Below are positions 8,364 through 18,909 of a stretch of DNA of 42,615 bases, piece after piece. The notes beneath the pieces are model-generated. The model had not been told where the DNA came from and ran no database searches. It saw nothing but the letters and a program-made list of their open reading frames with translations. The DNA is from Candidatus Muiribacteriota bacterium. Lineage in GTDB: Bacteria; Muiribacteriota; Muiribacteriia; Muiribacteriales; Muiribacteriaceae. The position numbers were made by a program, and so were the translations under genes. The number at the start of each line of letters is the position of its first letter. Positions within the stretch are counted from its first letter, which is position 1. The stretch spans positions 2,153 to 44,767 of the forward strand of contig JBNJGP010000009.1 in NCBI GenBank assembly GCA_051747805.1. The letters are read 5' to 3'.

Positions 8364-9247
8364 TGGACAATTTTCATTTAGAATTGCTGATTTTACCTCT
8401 TGTAGTTTTTATGTTTTTCATATATATTCTATTATATATGGAAAGAATCTTTTTTAGTTTTATTATATTCATCTTTGGATTATTGTTTGGAAGTTTTATA
8501 AATGTTTGTATTTACAGAATACCAAACGGTAAGTCAATAGTCGTTCCACGTTCACATTGTTATAACTGTGGAACGTTTTTACAGGTTAAAGACCTTTTTC
8601 CTGTTTTAAGCCATTTCTTTTCCGGTGGATTATGTAGATACTGTGGCATACCAGTAAGCTTTAGATATTCTTTTGTTGAGCTGATTACAGCATTTTTGTT
8701 TGCCCTGTTTTTTTATAATTTTTATTTTACACCGCTTTCTGTTCTGGCTTTTATTGTAATATCCTATATGATAGTAATTACTTTTATTGACCTGGATTAC
8801 CTGATAATTCCCGATGGGTTATCTGTAGGAGCAATAATAACTGGATTATTTGCAAATTTATTATTGTTTTTTTTCACCGGAACAAAACTTAAACAGGCTT
8901 TAGGTTATACTCTTGAACTCTATGATCCTCTGCTGGGAATTTTACTTGGGGGTGGATTTTTATTTTTAATTGCCTTTGTATTCGACGGAGGTATGGGTGG
9001 CGGTGATATTAAACTGATGGCAGCTATCGGAAGTATGTTCGGGCTTAAATTTACGGCCGTGGTTTTAGGACTTTCGTTTCTTTATGGTGCTGTTATTGGT
9101 ATTTTTCTAATTTTAACACGTATTAAGGGAAGAAAAGATTATATTCCTTTTGGACCATACATAGCGGCCGCCTGCTTAACAACTCTTTATTTTGGTTCAG
9201 ATTTTTTTGTTTCTCTTTTTTTTAATAACTGGTATGGAGTATATTGA
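8363..9247 (+). CDS. pilD: Prepilin peptidase/N-methyltransferase (true start possibly ATG 8438)
   Basis: GSFINVCIYRIP, CYNC/CRYC, FIDLD..IIPD, MGGGDIKL, IPFGPYI. Confidence 0.93.
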   Translation: MDNFHLELLILPLVVFMFFIYILLYMERIFFSFIIFIFGLLFGSFINVCIYRIPNGKSIVVPRSHCYNCGTFLQVKDLFPVLSHFFSGGLCRYCGIPVSFRYSFVELITAFLFALFFYNFYFTPLSVLAFIVISYMIVITFIDLDYLIIPDGLSVGAIITGLFANLLLFFFTGTKLKQALGYTLELYDPLLGILLGGGFLFLIAFVFDGGMGGGDIKLMAAIGSMFGLKFTAVVLGLSFLYGAVIGIFLILTRIKGRKDYIPFGPYIAAACLTTLYFGSDFFVSLFFNNWYGVY

Positions 9248-9825
9248 AGTATAAAATGAACTTAAAGTTTTTTAATTTAAATAGAATAAAAGCGTTTACT
9301 TTAATAGAGGTTGTAGCAACTGTTGGTTTAATAGGAATTATATCAACCCCTTTTTTTGCTATTTTTCTCACAGGTACCCAATACACACTGGATGCTAGAG
9401 ATGATTTAATAGCCTTAAATCTAGCCCGTGAAAGAATAGAACAGCTTAAACTTGTACCTTTTGGAGAGCTGGATGAGGATTTTTATATATACAGGGATAT
9501 ATACCGGGATACAATACATTCTGATTTTCGCGGTGCTGCCGATGATTTAACCCTTTTTTATAAACATTTTAACGATATTTGGACAGAGAAAAATTCACAG
9601 CAGTATCCCAGAATTTTCAGCAGGTTTAAATCAATTTATGAATCCAGCGAAGTTTTGATTGATTACGAGTTATATCCAGAGATGTATGAGAATTATAGAA
9701 GATATACAATAGTTGAAAATTATAAATCAGACAGCTCAATAGATATGAGAAAAATATGTGTAAAAGTATTTTTTGAGGATAATTTAGCAGTTGAATTAAT
9801 TACTTTGAGGTCGGATTACAGATGA
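9244..9825 (+). CDS. Prepilin-type N-terminal cleavage/methylation domain protein (PilV/GspI-like)
   Basis: KA|FTLIEVV + hydrophobic helix, ALNLARERIE. Confidence 0.8.
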   Translation: MKYKMNLKFFNLNRIKAFTLIEVVATVGLIGIISTPFFAIFLTGTQYTLDARDDLIALNLARERIEQLKLVPFGELDEDFYIYRDIYRDTIHSDFRGAADDLTLFYKHFNDIWTEKNSQQYPRIFSRFKSIYESSEVLIDYELYPEMYENYRRYTIVENYKSDSSIDMRKICVKVFFEDNLAVELITLRSDYR

Positions 9826-10439
9826 AATTTTTTAGAAAACATGCATTTACTTTTGTGGAAGTTATGGTTGCTGTTGGTATCAGCACATTCGTGCTTTTTG
9901 CTGTGTTTGGTTTTTATATGATGAGCCATCGATATTTTTTCAGAGGAACTCAGCGTTCACAGCTTGTTTCTGATTTGCGAGGAGTGGTAAATCTTATGAC
10001 CGAGGAAATCACTCGCATAAATGAAATTGAAGAAATGACTCATGATATGATAAGATTTAGAATGCATGCCCTTGGTTCAGAAGATATTACAGGTTATGGA
10101 AGAGAAAATTTTTCTAATATAACATATTATCTTGACAGACGTGAGGGGCAGCTTATCCGGATAGAGGGTCATAGCGAAAGGGTGATTCTAGAGGTAGATA
10201 AAATAAACGTTAAAAACAACGAGGACGTACCTCTATTTACACCATTTATAAAAGACCGTGAAGAAAATTTTGCAGAAGTTTACAGTCCGGATTATACAGA
10301 TACAGAGAGACAGGACAGAATAATTTACATACGAATAAGGCTGCTGGCCTATATGGGGGAAGAAGAAATTGATTTAATTACAGGAAGCAGGCTTGAATTT
10401 CAGCATAACCAGCTATTACAACCTGACTGGAGTTTTTAA
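9822..10439 (+). CDS. Prepilin-type N-terminal cleavage/methylation domain protein (PilW/GspJ-like)
   Basis: HA|FTFVEVMVAV + hydrophobic helix; ATGA overlap. Confidence 0.8.
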   Translation: MKFFRKHAFTFVEVMVAVGISTFVLFAVFGFYMMSHRYFFRGTQRSQLVSDLRGVVNLMTEEITRINEIEEMTHDMIRFRMHALGSEDITGYGRENFSNITYYLDRREGQLIRIEGHSERVILEVDKINVKNNEDVPLFTPFIKDREENFAEVYSPDYTDTERQDRIIYIRIRLLAYMGEEEIDLITGSRLEFQHNQLLQPDWSF

Positions 10440-10451
10440 AAGGAGTTATTT

Positions 10452-10670
10452 ATGGCAAAAAAAAAGGAAACAAAATTTGAAGAGGCTCTCGCGCAGCTTG
10501 AAGAGATTGCACAGGATTTTGAAGAGGGAGAAATCGGACTTGAAGACTGTGTAGAGAAGTTCAAAAAAGGTTCAGAACTTTTAAATTATTGTGAAAAAAA
10601 ATTAAATGAGGCAGAGGGAAAAATTTATAAAATACTTGGTAAAGATAAAGAAGAGGAAATTAAAAAATGA
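10452..10670 (+). CDS. xseB: Exodeoxyribonuclease VII small subunit
   Basis: FEEALAQLEEI...LE....F.KG.EL...C...L.EAE; AGGAG SD; precedes ispA. Confidence 0.93.
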   Translation: MAKKKETKFEEALAQLEEIAQDFEEGEIGLEDCVEKFKKGSELLNYCEKKLNEAEGKIYKILGKDKEEEIKK

Positions 10671-11554
10671 ATGATAATTTAAAAATTTATTTGAAAAAAG
10701 CTGTTGAATATACAGACGAGGGATTAAAAACATATTTTCCCACCGTAAATAATCCAGCCTCCAGAATAATTGAGGCTATGGAGTATTCACTTTTTGCCGG
10801 TGGAAAAAGAGTAAGACCGGCTCTGGCATATTTAAGCGCAGATATTTTTAATCTGCAGTGGAAAAAAGTGCTTCCATTTGCCTGTGCTGTTGAAATGGTT
10901 CATACATATTCTCTTATACATGATGACTTACCCGCAATGGATGATGATGATTTAAGAAGGGGAAAACCCACTAATCACAAAGTTTATGGTGAGGGTATCG
11001 CCGTACTTTCTGGCGACGCCTTAATTACTGAGGCTTTTGATGTTTTAAGCGATGTCAGCCCTTTTGTAGATTATAAAGATTTTATTAGAATTCTGAAAGA
11101 ATTTTCTTTTGCCTCTGGTTATAAGGGTATGGTAGGGGGGCAGACTGCTGATATTCTACTTGAGAATAAAAAGGCGGATGAAAAAGAACTACAGTTTATT
11201 CACGAGTTAAAAACTGGAAGACTTATTACATTAAGCTGCAGAATACCGGCTATTATTGCGGGAGCAGATGAGGATTTAATTAATAAGATTGATATTCTTG
11301 GAAATAATATTGGAATGCTTTTTCAGATTACTGATGATATGCTTGATGTTACAGGAGAGGCTGCAAAACTGGGAAAAACCCCGGGGAAAGATGCTAAAAA
11401 CCAAAAAAATACCTATGTAACACTTTATGGTTTATCCAAAACAAAAAAAATAGCAGAGGAAGTATATCAGAATACCAAAAAAAATCTACAGGAATTAAAA
11501 GCTTCTGAAAATTTTTATCACCTTGTTGATTTTATTTACAAGAGGGATTATTAA
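10667..11554 (+). CDS. ispA: Farnesyl/geranylgeranyl diphosphate synthase
   Basis: GGKRVRP, SLIHDDLPAMDDDDLRRGKP, FQITDDMLD. Confidence 0.95.
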   Translation: MNDNLKIYLKKAVEYTDEGLKTYFPTVNNPASRIIEAMEYSLFAGGKRVRPALAYLSADIFNLQWKKVLPFACAVEMVHTYSLIHDDLPAMDDDDLRRGKPTNHKVYGEGIAVLSGDALITEAFDVLSDVSPFVDYKDFIRILKEFSFASGYKGMVGGQTADILLENKKADEKELQFIHELKTGRLITLSCRIPAIIAGADEDLINKIDILGNNIGMLFQITDDMLDVTGEAAKLGKTPGKDAKNQKNTYVTLYGLSKTKKIAEEVYQNTKKNLQELKASENFYHLVDFIYKRDY

Positions 11555-11555
11555 T

Positions 11556-12062
11556 ATGCGAATAGGTATTGGTTATGATGTTCACCGGTTTTGTGATAAT
11601 CGTAAATTAATACTGGGCGGTGTTGAAATACCACATGAAAAAGGGCTTGATGGACATTCGGATGCTGATGTGCTGATTCATGCTGTTATGGATTCGATGC
11701 TTGGCGCACTTGCCCTTGGAGATATTGGTAAATATTTCCCTGACACAGATAACAGTTTTAAAGATATTGATTCATGCATTCTTCTTAAAAAATGTATGCA
11801 GATTATTAAAAAAAAAGGATATCAAGTGGGAAATATTGATACAGTTTTAATACTTCAGAAACCTAAAATAGCGCCGTTTATTGATGCAATGAATAAAAAA
11901 ATGAGTGATGTATTAGATATACCAGAGGGATTGCTTGGTATAAAAGCTACAACAGAAGAGTATTTGGGTTTCACCGGAAGAGAGGAAGGTATTAAGGCAG
12001 TAAGTGTATGTATTCTAAAAAAAATTAAAAAATTCGGCCGGGAGGATGAAAATGTTGCTTGA
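11556..12062 (+). CDS. ispF: 2-C-methyl-D-erythritol 2,4-cyclodiphosphate synthase (start ATG 11556)
   Basis: MRIGIGYDVH, GHSDADV, GDIG, KATTEE.LGFTGR. Confidence 0.96.
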   Translation: MRIGIGYDVHRFCDNRKLILGGVEIPHEKGLDGHSDADVLIHAVMDSMLGALALGDIGKYFPDTDNSFKDIDSCILLKKCMQIIKKKGYQVGNIDTVLILQKPKIAPFIDAMNKKMSDVLDIPEGLLGIKATTEEYLGFTGREEGIKAVSVCILKKIKKFGREDENVA

Positions 12063-13902
12063 GGAAATTAAAAGTTTATCAGAAAATCTTAAAAACCTGG
12101 ATAGAGAAGAGCTTGAAACTTTATGTCATATAATAAGAAAATATATAATTAATGTTGTAAGTGAAACAGGAGGGCATCTGGCCTCTAGCCTTGGCGCAGT
12201 TGAAATTGCCGTTATATGTCATAAATTACTTCAAACTCCAGAAGATAAACTGATATGGGATGTTGGTCATCAGGCATATGCACATAAAATACTTACCGGT
12301 CGTTTAAATGAGTTTTCGACTTTAAGACAGTTTGGCGGTATTTCAGGATTTCCGAAAATGTCAGAAAGCCCTCATGATGCTTTTGGAGTAGGTCATTCTT
12401 CAACATCAATTTCTGCTGCTTTAGGTTATGCAGTTGCTGCTAAACAAAAAAACAAACAACATAAAATCGTATCAATAATTGGAGATGGTTCAATTTCTTC
12501 GGGAATGCCTTTTGAGGCAATGAATCAGGCTGCGCATATTGAGGGATTAGATATAACAGTAATATTAAATGATAATGAAATGTCTATTTCTCCAAATGTT
12601 GGAGCATTATCAAAGTATTTTAACAGGCTGAGAAGCGAACCTGTATATACTAAGCTGCGTGATGATGTTGAATATATGGTTTCTAAAATACCTTCAATAG
12701 GCAAAAATATGATAAGTGTGCTTGACAGAGTTTCAAAGGGAGTAAAAACTGTTATAGAGCCCGGAGCTTTTTTTACTCAGCTTGGCTGGGATTATTATGG
12801 TCCAATAGACGGTCATGATATTGTAGAGTTAAACGATACACTTAAAAGAGTTTTTAAAATGCCGGGCTTAAAAATTGTTCATACAGTTACCAGGAAAGGT
12901 AAGGGTTATGTATGGGCTGAAAAAAAGCCTTCCAGCTTTCATGGAGTCGGACGTTTTGATATTGATACGGGTAAAATAATAAAGTCAAAAAAGAAAAGTT
13001 ACACAAATATTGTAAGTGATTATCTAGTTCAACTGGGAAGAGAAAATGAAAAAATTAATGTAATTTCTGCAGCTATGCCTGATGGTACTGGTACAAAAGA
13101 TTTTGCAGAAAATTTTCCAGAAAGATTTTTTGATATTGGAATATCTGAAGAACACGCTCCAACTTTTGCCGCAGCAATGGCATCACAGGGATTAATACCA
13201 TTTGTATCGATTTATTCAACTTTTTTACAGAGAAGTGTTGATCAGATTATTCATGATGTAGCGTTACAGAAACTACCTGTTATTTTTCTGCTTGACCGGG
13301 CCGGAATTGTCGGGGAGGACGGTCCTACACATCATGGTAATTTTGACCTGTCTTTTTTAAGATTTATACCGGGACTAATAGTTGGCTCGCCAAGAAACTC
13401 CGAAGAACTCAAAGATATGATTTATACTGCTGTTAACGCCGGAAAACCTTTTGCAATAAGATATCCAAGAGGTGTGGCAGAAATCGTTGAGGAAAGAAAA
13501 AGAAAAATGCTTGATTTCAAGGCAGAAAGACTAAAAGATGGTAAAAAATTATGCGTGATTTCAACTGGATATATTTCAAATAATGTATACGATGCTTTAA
13601 AAGATGATGATTATGGTGTTTATGATTTTAAATTTATAAAACCTCTTGATATTGAAACAATACAAAAAATAAGCCAGAAGTATGAAAAAATTGTTGTTTT
13701 TGAAGAAAACTCAAAAATAGGAGGGCTGGGTTCGGCCGTTGCAGAAGCTGTTTCTGAATTTAAAAAAGCCCCCAGGGTTTATCTGAAAGGATTGCCTGAT
13801 GAATTTATTCCTCATGGGACTCAGGCGATTTTAAGAGATAATTACGGTTTTTCTAAAGAGGCTGTAAAAGCATATATCCGGGAAGTAGTTAATGAAAAAT
13901 AG
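12046..13902 (+). CDS. dxs: 1-deoxy-D-xylulose-5-phosphate synthase
   Basis: GGHLASSLG, WDVGHQAY, GHSSTSISA, LNDNEMSIS, GEDGPTH. Confidence 0.97.
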   Translation: MKMLLEEIKSLSENLKNLDREELETLCHIIRKYIINVVSETGGHLASSLGAVEIAVICHKLLQTPEDKLIWDVGHQAYAHKILTGRLNEFSTLRQFGGISGFPKMSESPHDAFGVGHSSTSISAALGYAVAAKQKNKQHKIVSIIGDGSISSGMPFEAMNQAAHIEGLDITVILNDNEMSISPNVGALSKYFNRLRSEPVYTKLRDDVEYMVSKIPSIGKNMISVLDRVSKGVKTVIEPGAFFTQLGWDYYGPIDGHDIVELNDTLKRVFKMPGLKIVHTVTRKGKGYVWAEKKPSSFHGVGRFDIDTGKIIKSKKKSYTNIVSDYLVQLGRENEKINVISAAMPDGTGTKDFAENFPERFFDIGISEEHAPTFAAAMASQGLIPFVSIYSTFLQRSVDQIIHDVALQKLPVIFLLDRAGIVGEDGPTHHGNFDLSFLRFIPGLIVGSPRNSEELKDMIYTAVNAGKPFAIRYPRGVAEIVEERKRKMLDFKAERLKDGKKLCVISTGYISNNVYDALKDDDYGVYDFKFIKPLDIETIQKISQKYEKIVVFEENSKIGGLGSAVAEAVSEFKKAPRVYLKGLPDEFIPHGTQAILRDNYGFSKEAVKAYIREVVNEK

Positions 13903-14683
13903 ACTGGATCAAATCCTTGTTGACAGGGGCTTTTTTGACTCCAGAAGTCAGGCTAAAGCCTCTATACTTGCGGGAAGGGTTTTTTCCGATAAAAAAAAAC
14001 TTGTAAAGGCGGGCGAAAAATTTCGGGGAGATATAAAAATTGAGATTAAGGAAAGATTTCCCTATGTGAGCCGCGGGGCACTTAAATTAAAAAAAGCACA
14101 TGAGTATTTTGGATTAAATTTTAAAAATAAAACAGCTATGGATGCCGGCGCGTCAACAGGCGGTTTTACTGATTATATGATTCAAAATGGAATTAAAAAA
14201 GTATATGCTGTTGATGTAGGATATGGTCAGCTTCATTATAAACTCAGAAATTCTCCTGAAGTTGTTAACATTGAAAAAACTAACGTTAGATATTTAAACG
14301 AAGAAAATCTTTATGGAAAAATAGATATTATCACGGCGGATTTATCCTTTATTTCAATCACACGTGTATATGAAAATTTAAGAAAATATGTTTATGACGG
14401 TGGGGAGTTTGTTTTTCTTGTTAAACCTCAGTTTGAGGCTGAAAAAGAAATGATTGAAAAAAAAGGGAAAGTAAGAAATCCAGAAACCCATTTTTTTGTT
14501 TTAAACAAAATGTTAAATTTTTTTTCAAAAAAAAATGATTTTATTGTAGACATTACACCTTCTGCAATAAGAGGTGCAAAATCCAAAAATATTGAGTATT
14601 TATTCTATATTATTAAAAATAAAACCGGGGATAATAGAAAAGAAATGGAGAAGAAAATTGAAGAACTTAAAAAACAACTATAA
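13892..14683 (+). CDS. tlyA: TlyA family rRNA (cytidine-2'-O)-methyltransferase
   Basis: S4 domain RLD, YVSRGALKL, DAGASTGGFTD, DLSFIS, LVKPQFE. Confidence 0.95.
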   Translation: MKNRLDQILVDRGFFDSRSQAKASILAGRVFSDKKKLVKAGEKFRGDIKIEIKERFPYVSRGALKLKKAHEYFGLNFKNKTAMDAGASTGGFTDYMIQNGIKKVYAVDVGYGQLHYKLRNSPEVVNIEKTNVRYLNEENLYGKIDIITADLSFISITRVYENLRKYVYDGGEFVFLVKPQFEAEKEMIEKKGKVRNPETHFFVLNKMLNFFSKKNDFIVDITPSAIRGAKSKNIEYLFYIIKNKTGDNRKEMEKKIEELKKQL

Positions 14684-15503
14684 TTTTTTTTATATATGTT
14701 ATAGCCGTAGAAAAAATAACGCCCTTGAAATAGGGGAAAAAATCAGTCAATGGTTAAACAGTAATAATTACATAAACAAACTTATTGAGGCTGAAACAAA
14801 CCTTCACTCAATGATAAGAAAAAAAAACGGCCTGATTATATCAATTGGCGGGGACGGAACCTTTTTATTATTTGCAAGAGAGGCTGTAAGACTCCAAATG
14901 CCTATTGCTGGCGTTAACGCTGGAAGAGTAGGCTTTTTAAACGAAATATCCCCCCAGAATTTTGAATTTTATTTCAATAAAATTTTCAAAAAAGAGTATA
15001 CTATTCAGGATAGACTTGTGTTAAAGGTTGATGTTTCAGACAAAAAACAAATCTTAGACACATTTTTTGCAATAAATGATGTTGTTTTAACCAGAGGCTC
15101 TCTGGGAAGAATGCTTAAGGTGGATATTGATATAAATGAAAACAATGTAGAAACTTTTAACGGGGATGGTATTATTTTATCCACACCCACAGGATCTACT
15201 GCCTATAACTTATCGGCAGGTGGACCTGTTCTCACACCGGAGCTTGAGGGAATATTAATTACCCCTATATGTCCCCATAATCTACACACAAGAACCCTTG
15301 TATGCCGAAGCGAGGATAAGGTAAGGCTGAATTTTGGAGGCAGCCGTTCTAAAAAGGGAGTTTTATCAGTTGACGGACAGGTAATGAAAAAAATTAATCA
15401 GAATAAAAGTGTTTTAGTTACCAAGAATGCTGTTAAGCTTATGGTAGTTAATTTTGGTACTTTCAACTTTTTTAAACTTGTTAAGGAAAAACTTACAAAG
15501 TAA
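14658..15503 (+). CDS. nadK: NAD kinase (start likely TTG 14658)
   Basis: GGDGT, GVNAGRVGFL, AIND, STPTGSTAYNLSAGGP; GGAG SD at 14647-14650. Confidence 0.93.
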   Translation: MKNLKNNYNFFYICYSRRKNNALEIGEKISQWLNSNNYINKLIEAETNLHSMIRKKNGLIISIGGDGTFLLFAREAVRLQMPIAGVNAGRVGFLNEISPQNFEFYFNKIFKKEYTIQDRLVLKVDVSDKKQILDTFFAINDVVLTRGSLGRMLKVDIDINENNVETFNGDGIILSTPTGSTAYNLSAGGPVLTPELEGILITPICPHNLHTRTLVCRSEDKVRLNFGGSRSKKGVLSVDGQVMKKINQNKSVLVTKNAVKLMVVNFGTFNFFKLVKEKLTK

Positions 15504-15536
15504 ATTTTTTTATTTAGAGTTATCGAGGAGTTTTAT

Positions 15537-16565
15537 ATGATAAATTTGAGATATAAAAATGATGGAAAACCTGTAAAAAGATTAAATCGACTTCAGAAAA
15601 AAACAAAAAATCAGGTCGAAGAAAAAATTTATTCAGGAGAATATAATTTAAACAAGAAAAGTTGTGCTTTATGTAATCAAATGGATTTTGAAACTCTTTC
15701 TTATAAAGACAGATTTGGTTTTTCCAGCGCGTCAGTTATCTGCAGAAACTGTGGTTTTATACAGATTAATCCGCGAATGAATCAACCAGATTATAATAAG
15801 TTTTATCTTTATGAATATAGAAAACTTTATATGGGAATTAAAAATCCGGATAAAATATTTTTTTCCAGGCAGTATCAACACGGCGAAGAAATTTATACAT
15901 ATTTAGAAAAAAATAATTTAATAAAAAAAGAAAAAAAATTATTTGTACTTGAAGTTGGCTGCGGTGCAGGGGGAATTCTAAAGTATTTTAAAGATAAAGG
16001 ATGCGAAATCTGTGGCATTGACCCCGGTAAGAAGTTTGTTGAATACGGGGTTAAAAAATTTAATCTTAATCTTCATACAGGAACTCTGCAGGATTTAAAA
16101 TTAGAAAAAAAACCTGATTTAATAATTTACTCTCATGTTATTGAACATATTGAGGATATTAATCTTGAACTCGAAAGTGTCCAAAAAAAGCTTAAAGAAG
16201 ATGGATTACTTTATATTGAGGTACCAGGTGTTAAAAATTTAAAAAATAATTACTATGAATATGATTTTTTAAAAAGTCTGCATATTGCACATGTATATCA
16301 TTTTACACTGCGAACTTTAAAAAACCTTTTAAATCAGCACGGTTTTAAGCTTATTTATGGCAATGAAAAGGTTTCCAGTGTATTCAAAAAAGAAAAAGAA
16401 AATAATGATATTGAAAGTGACTACAAAGAGGTACTCGAATATATTAATCAAACTGAAAAAGAAAGAAAAAGCTGTTTTTTTACGCCGTATAAAATAAGGG
16501 GAGCAAAAAAATTTTTTAAAAATTTAATTAATCTCAAAACCGTAAAAAATTATTTTAAAAATTGA
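15537..16565 (+). CDS. Class I SAM-dependent methyltransferase with N-terminal Zn-binding CxxC pairs
   Basis: CALC...CRNC; VLEVGCGAG; SHVIEH; LYIEVP. Confidence 0.88.
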   Translation: MINLRYKNDGKPVKRLNRLQKKTKNQVEEKIYSGEYNLNKKSCALCNQMDFETLSYKDRFGFSSASVICRNCGFIQINPRMNQPDYNKFYLYEYRKLYMGIKNPDKIFFSRQYQHGEEIYTYLEKNNLIKKEKKLFVLEVGCGAGGILKYFKDKGCEICGIDPGKKFVEYGVKKFNLNLHTGTLQDLKLEKKPDLIIYSHVIEHIEDINLELESVQKKLKEDGLLYIEVPGVKNLKNNYYEYDFLKSLHIAHVYHFTLRTLKNLLNQHGFKLIYGNEKVSSVFKKEKENNDIESDYKEVLEYINQTEKERKSCFFTPYKIRGAKKFFKNLINLKTVKNYFKN

Positions 16566-16590
16566 TTTATTTCACTTACTGTGTGATAAT
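16562..16590 (+). promoter_or_regulatory. Possible sigma70 promoter for the psd operon
   Basis: TTGATT (16562-16567)-N17-GATAAT (16585-16590) with TG extension. Confidence 0.45.
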
Positions 16591-16644
16591 TATAAATGAT
16601 TTTAGTTTAGAAAATAAAAGTCTGAAATAAAAGGAAATATATAA

Positions 16645-17316
16645 ATGAGAAAAATTGGTTTTATAGCATCAGAAGCTTGGAAATTCTTCCTTTTTTTTAT
16701 TTTAATATCTGCCATCTTAATATTTATAAAAAATTATTTTGAAACAGAGCGTCTCATTTCAAATTTTTTGATTATAATATCAGTCTTGCTGGCTTTTTGT
16801 GCCTTCTTCTCTTTATATTTTTTCAGAAACCCCGAAAGAAAAATATTTATTGATAAAAACAGAATATATTCACCGGCTGACGGTAAAATTGTTGGTATAA
16901 CCGATATAAAAGACGAATTCGTAGGTAATGAAGCGAAAAAAATAAGTATTTTCATGAATATTTTTAACGTTCATATAAATCGAGTCCCCCTTAATGCTGA
17001 AGTTATTAATATAACTTATTCAACAGGAAAATTTATGAATGCCGGTAAAGATGAAGCTTCTTTTAAAAACGAAAGAAATAGAATAGAGCTTGAAGGTGAT
17101 ATTAAAGTAACTGTTACTCAGGTAGCCGGACTTATTGCCCGTAGAATAAAATGTTTTTTAAAAAAAAATGAATCTGTTTTACAGGGAGACTACCTTGGTC
17201 TTATACAATTTGGCTCAAGGCTTGACGTAATTATTCCGACAAATGTAAAAGTTACTGTAAGGGAAGGGGATAAGGTTAAAGCCGGTTTAAGTATCTTAGG
17301 GGAAATTTTAAAATGA
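16645..17316 (+). CDS. psd: Phosphatidylserine decarboxylase proenzyme
   Basis: FFRNPER, SPADG, FMNIFNVHINR, NERN, QVAGLIARRI, FGSR cleavage motif; adjacent to pssA. Confidence 0.93.
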   Translation: MRKIGFIASEAWKFFLFFILISAILIFIKNYFETERLISNFLIIISVLLAFCAFFSLYFFRNPERKIFIDKNRIYSPADGKIVGITDIKDEFVGNEAKKISIFMNIFNVHINRVPLNAEVINITYSTGKFMNAGKDEASFKNERNRIELEGDIKVTVTQVAGLIARRIKCFLKKNESVLQGDYLGLIQFGSRLDVIIPTNVKVTVREGDKVKAGLSILGEILK

Positions 17317-18020
17317 AAAAAATTTTATGGATTATACCAAGCGTGTTAACTTCATTAAGCTTGATGGCAGGATTTCTTGCAATAATTAATGTTTCATTAA
17401 ACAATATCAAAGGTGCAGCATGGTTGATAATTTTTGCAATTTTTATGGACGCACTGGACGGCAGAGTGGCAAGACTAACCAAAAAAGAAACTAAGTTTGG
17501 TCAGGAGTATGATTCGCTTGCAGATATGGTTTCTTTTGGAGTGGCGCCAGCCTTTTTGATTTATTTTCTTATGGTTCAAAATTTAGTTTTATCTCCCTTT
17601 TCATTTGTAATTGCATTTTCAGTTGTCTTATGTGGTGGTTTAAGACTTGCCAGGTTTAATATTGATTCTAAAAAAGAAGATAGTTTTAAGGGAATGCCGT
17701 TGCCGGGGGCAGCTGGGATAATTGCCAGTTATGTTCTGTTCTGCTTTAAGTATGGCATACCATTTAATGATGGACTGCTTATTTTTATAACATTATGGGT
17801 TTCAATGCTTATGGTAAGTAATCTGCCCTATCCGTCCGGAAAAGTAAAAAAAGCCGGCAGAGCTAACCGAAAATTGATTTTTCTTTCATTAATTGCCCTT
17901 ATTTTAATAACCAGATTTCATATTGAGTTTTTTGCCATGATTGGTTTATTATATATGTGTTATGGTCCGTTAAGATTTATATTTGATGGGGTGAACAAAG
18001 AAATAACTCATAAATATTAG
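17313..18020 (+). CDS. pssA: CDP-diacylglycerol--serine O-phosphatidyltransferase
   Basis: DALDGRVAR...FG.EYDSLADMVSFGVAP, RLARFN. Confidence 0.93.
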   Translation: MKKILWIIPSVLTSLSLMAGFLAIINVSLNNIKGAAWLIIFAIFMDALDGRVARLTKKETKFGQEYDSLADMVSFGVAPAFLIYFLMVQNLVLSPFSFVIAFSVVLCGGLRLARFNIDSKKEDSFKGMPLPGAAGIIASYVLFCFKYGIPFNDGLLIFITLWVSMLMVSNLPYPSGKVKKAGRANRKLIFLSLIALILITRFHIEFFAMIGLLYMCYGPLRFIFDGVNKEITHKY

Positions 18021-18057
18021 TTTTTTCTTATGGTTTTCATGTTTTTAGGAGGAAAAA

Positions 18058-18888
18058 ATGAAAGTGAGAGAAGTAAAAATATCTGATGAAATATCAATAG
18101 GTGGAAACAGCCCGATTTTATTTATAGCCGGACCATGTGTAATTGAAAGTTATGAGCACGTAATGTTTATGGCTCGGGAATTAAAAAAAATTTTTTTAGA
18201 AAATAAAATACCGTTTGTATTTAAAAGTTCATATGATAAGGCAAACCGTTCATCATTATCAGGATATCGAGGTCCTGGGTTAGATGAGGGCTTAAAAATT
18301 TTAAATGAGGTTAAAAAACAATTTGATTTATCAGTTTTAACAGATATACATAATATTGATGAAATTGAAAAAGTCTCAGAAGTAGCCGATATAATTCAGA
18401 TTCCCGCCTTTTTATGCAGACAGACAGATATTGTTGTGGAGGCGGCTAAAACAGGAAAACCAGTAAATATAAAAAAAGGGCAGTTCATGGCCCCTTGGAA
18501 TATGGCCGGAATTATTAACAAAGCGCGCTCTGTAAAAAATGATAATCTTATTATTACAGAAAGAGGGACTTCTTTTGGTTATAATAATCTGACAGTAGAT
18601 TTTCGTTCTTTTCCAATAATGAGGGCAAATGGTTTTCCAGTTATTTTTGATGCAACTCATTCGCTACAGCTTCCGGGAGGATTAGGAGAATCAACAGGGG
18701 GAATGAGCGAGTACATTCCACATTTGATAAGGGCTGCCTGCGGTTGCGGGGTTGATGGTCTTTTTGTTGAAGTTCATGATAATCCACATAAAGCACTGTG
18801 TGATGGTCCTAATATGCTTAATATAGATAAACTTGAGGGAATTTTAAAACAGGTAAAAGCAATAGAAAAAATAATTGACTGGAAATAA
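18058..18888 (+). CDS. kdsA: 3-deoxy-8-phosphooctulonate (KDO8P) synthase
   Basis: IAGPCVIES, YDKANRSS, QIPAFLCRQTD, DATHS. Confidence 0.96.
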   Translation: MKVREVKISDEISIGGNSPILFIAGPCVIESYEHVMFMARELKKIFLENKIPFVFKSSYDKANRSSLSGYRGPGLDEGLKILNEVKKQFDLSVLTDIHNIDEIEKVSEVADIIQIPAFLCRQTDIVVEAAKTGKPVNIKKGQFMAPWNMAGIINKARSVKNDNLIITERGTSFGYNNLTVDFRSFPIMRANGFPVIFDATHSLQLPGGLGESTGGMSEYIPHLIRAACGCGVDGLFVEVHDNPHKALCDGPNMLNIDKLEGILKQVKAIEKIIDWK

Positions 18889-18909
18889 AAAAAGAAATAG
18901 AGGTTAAGT

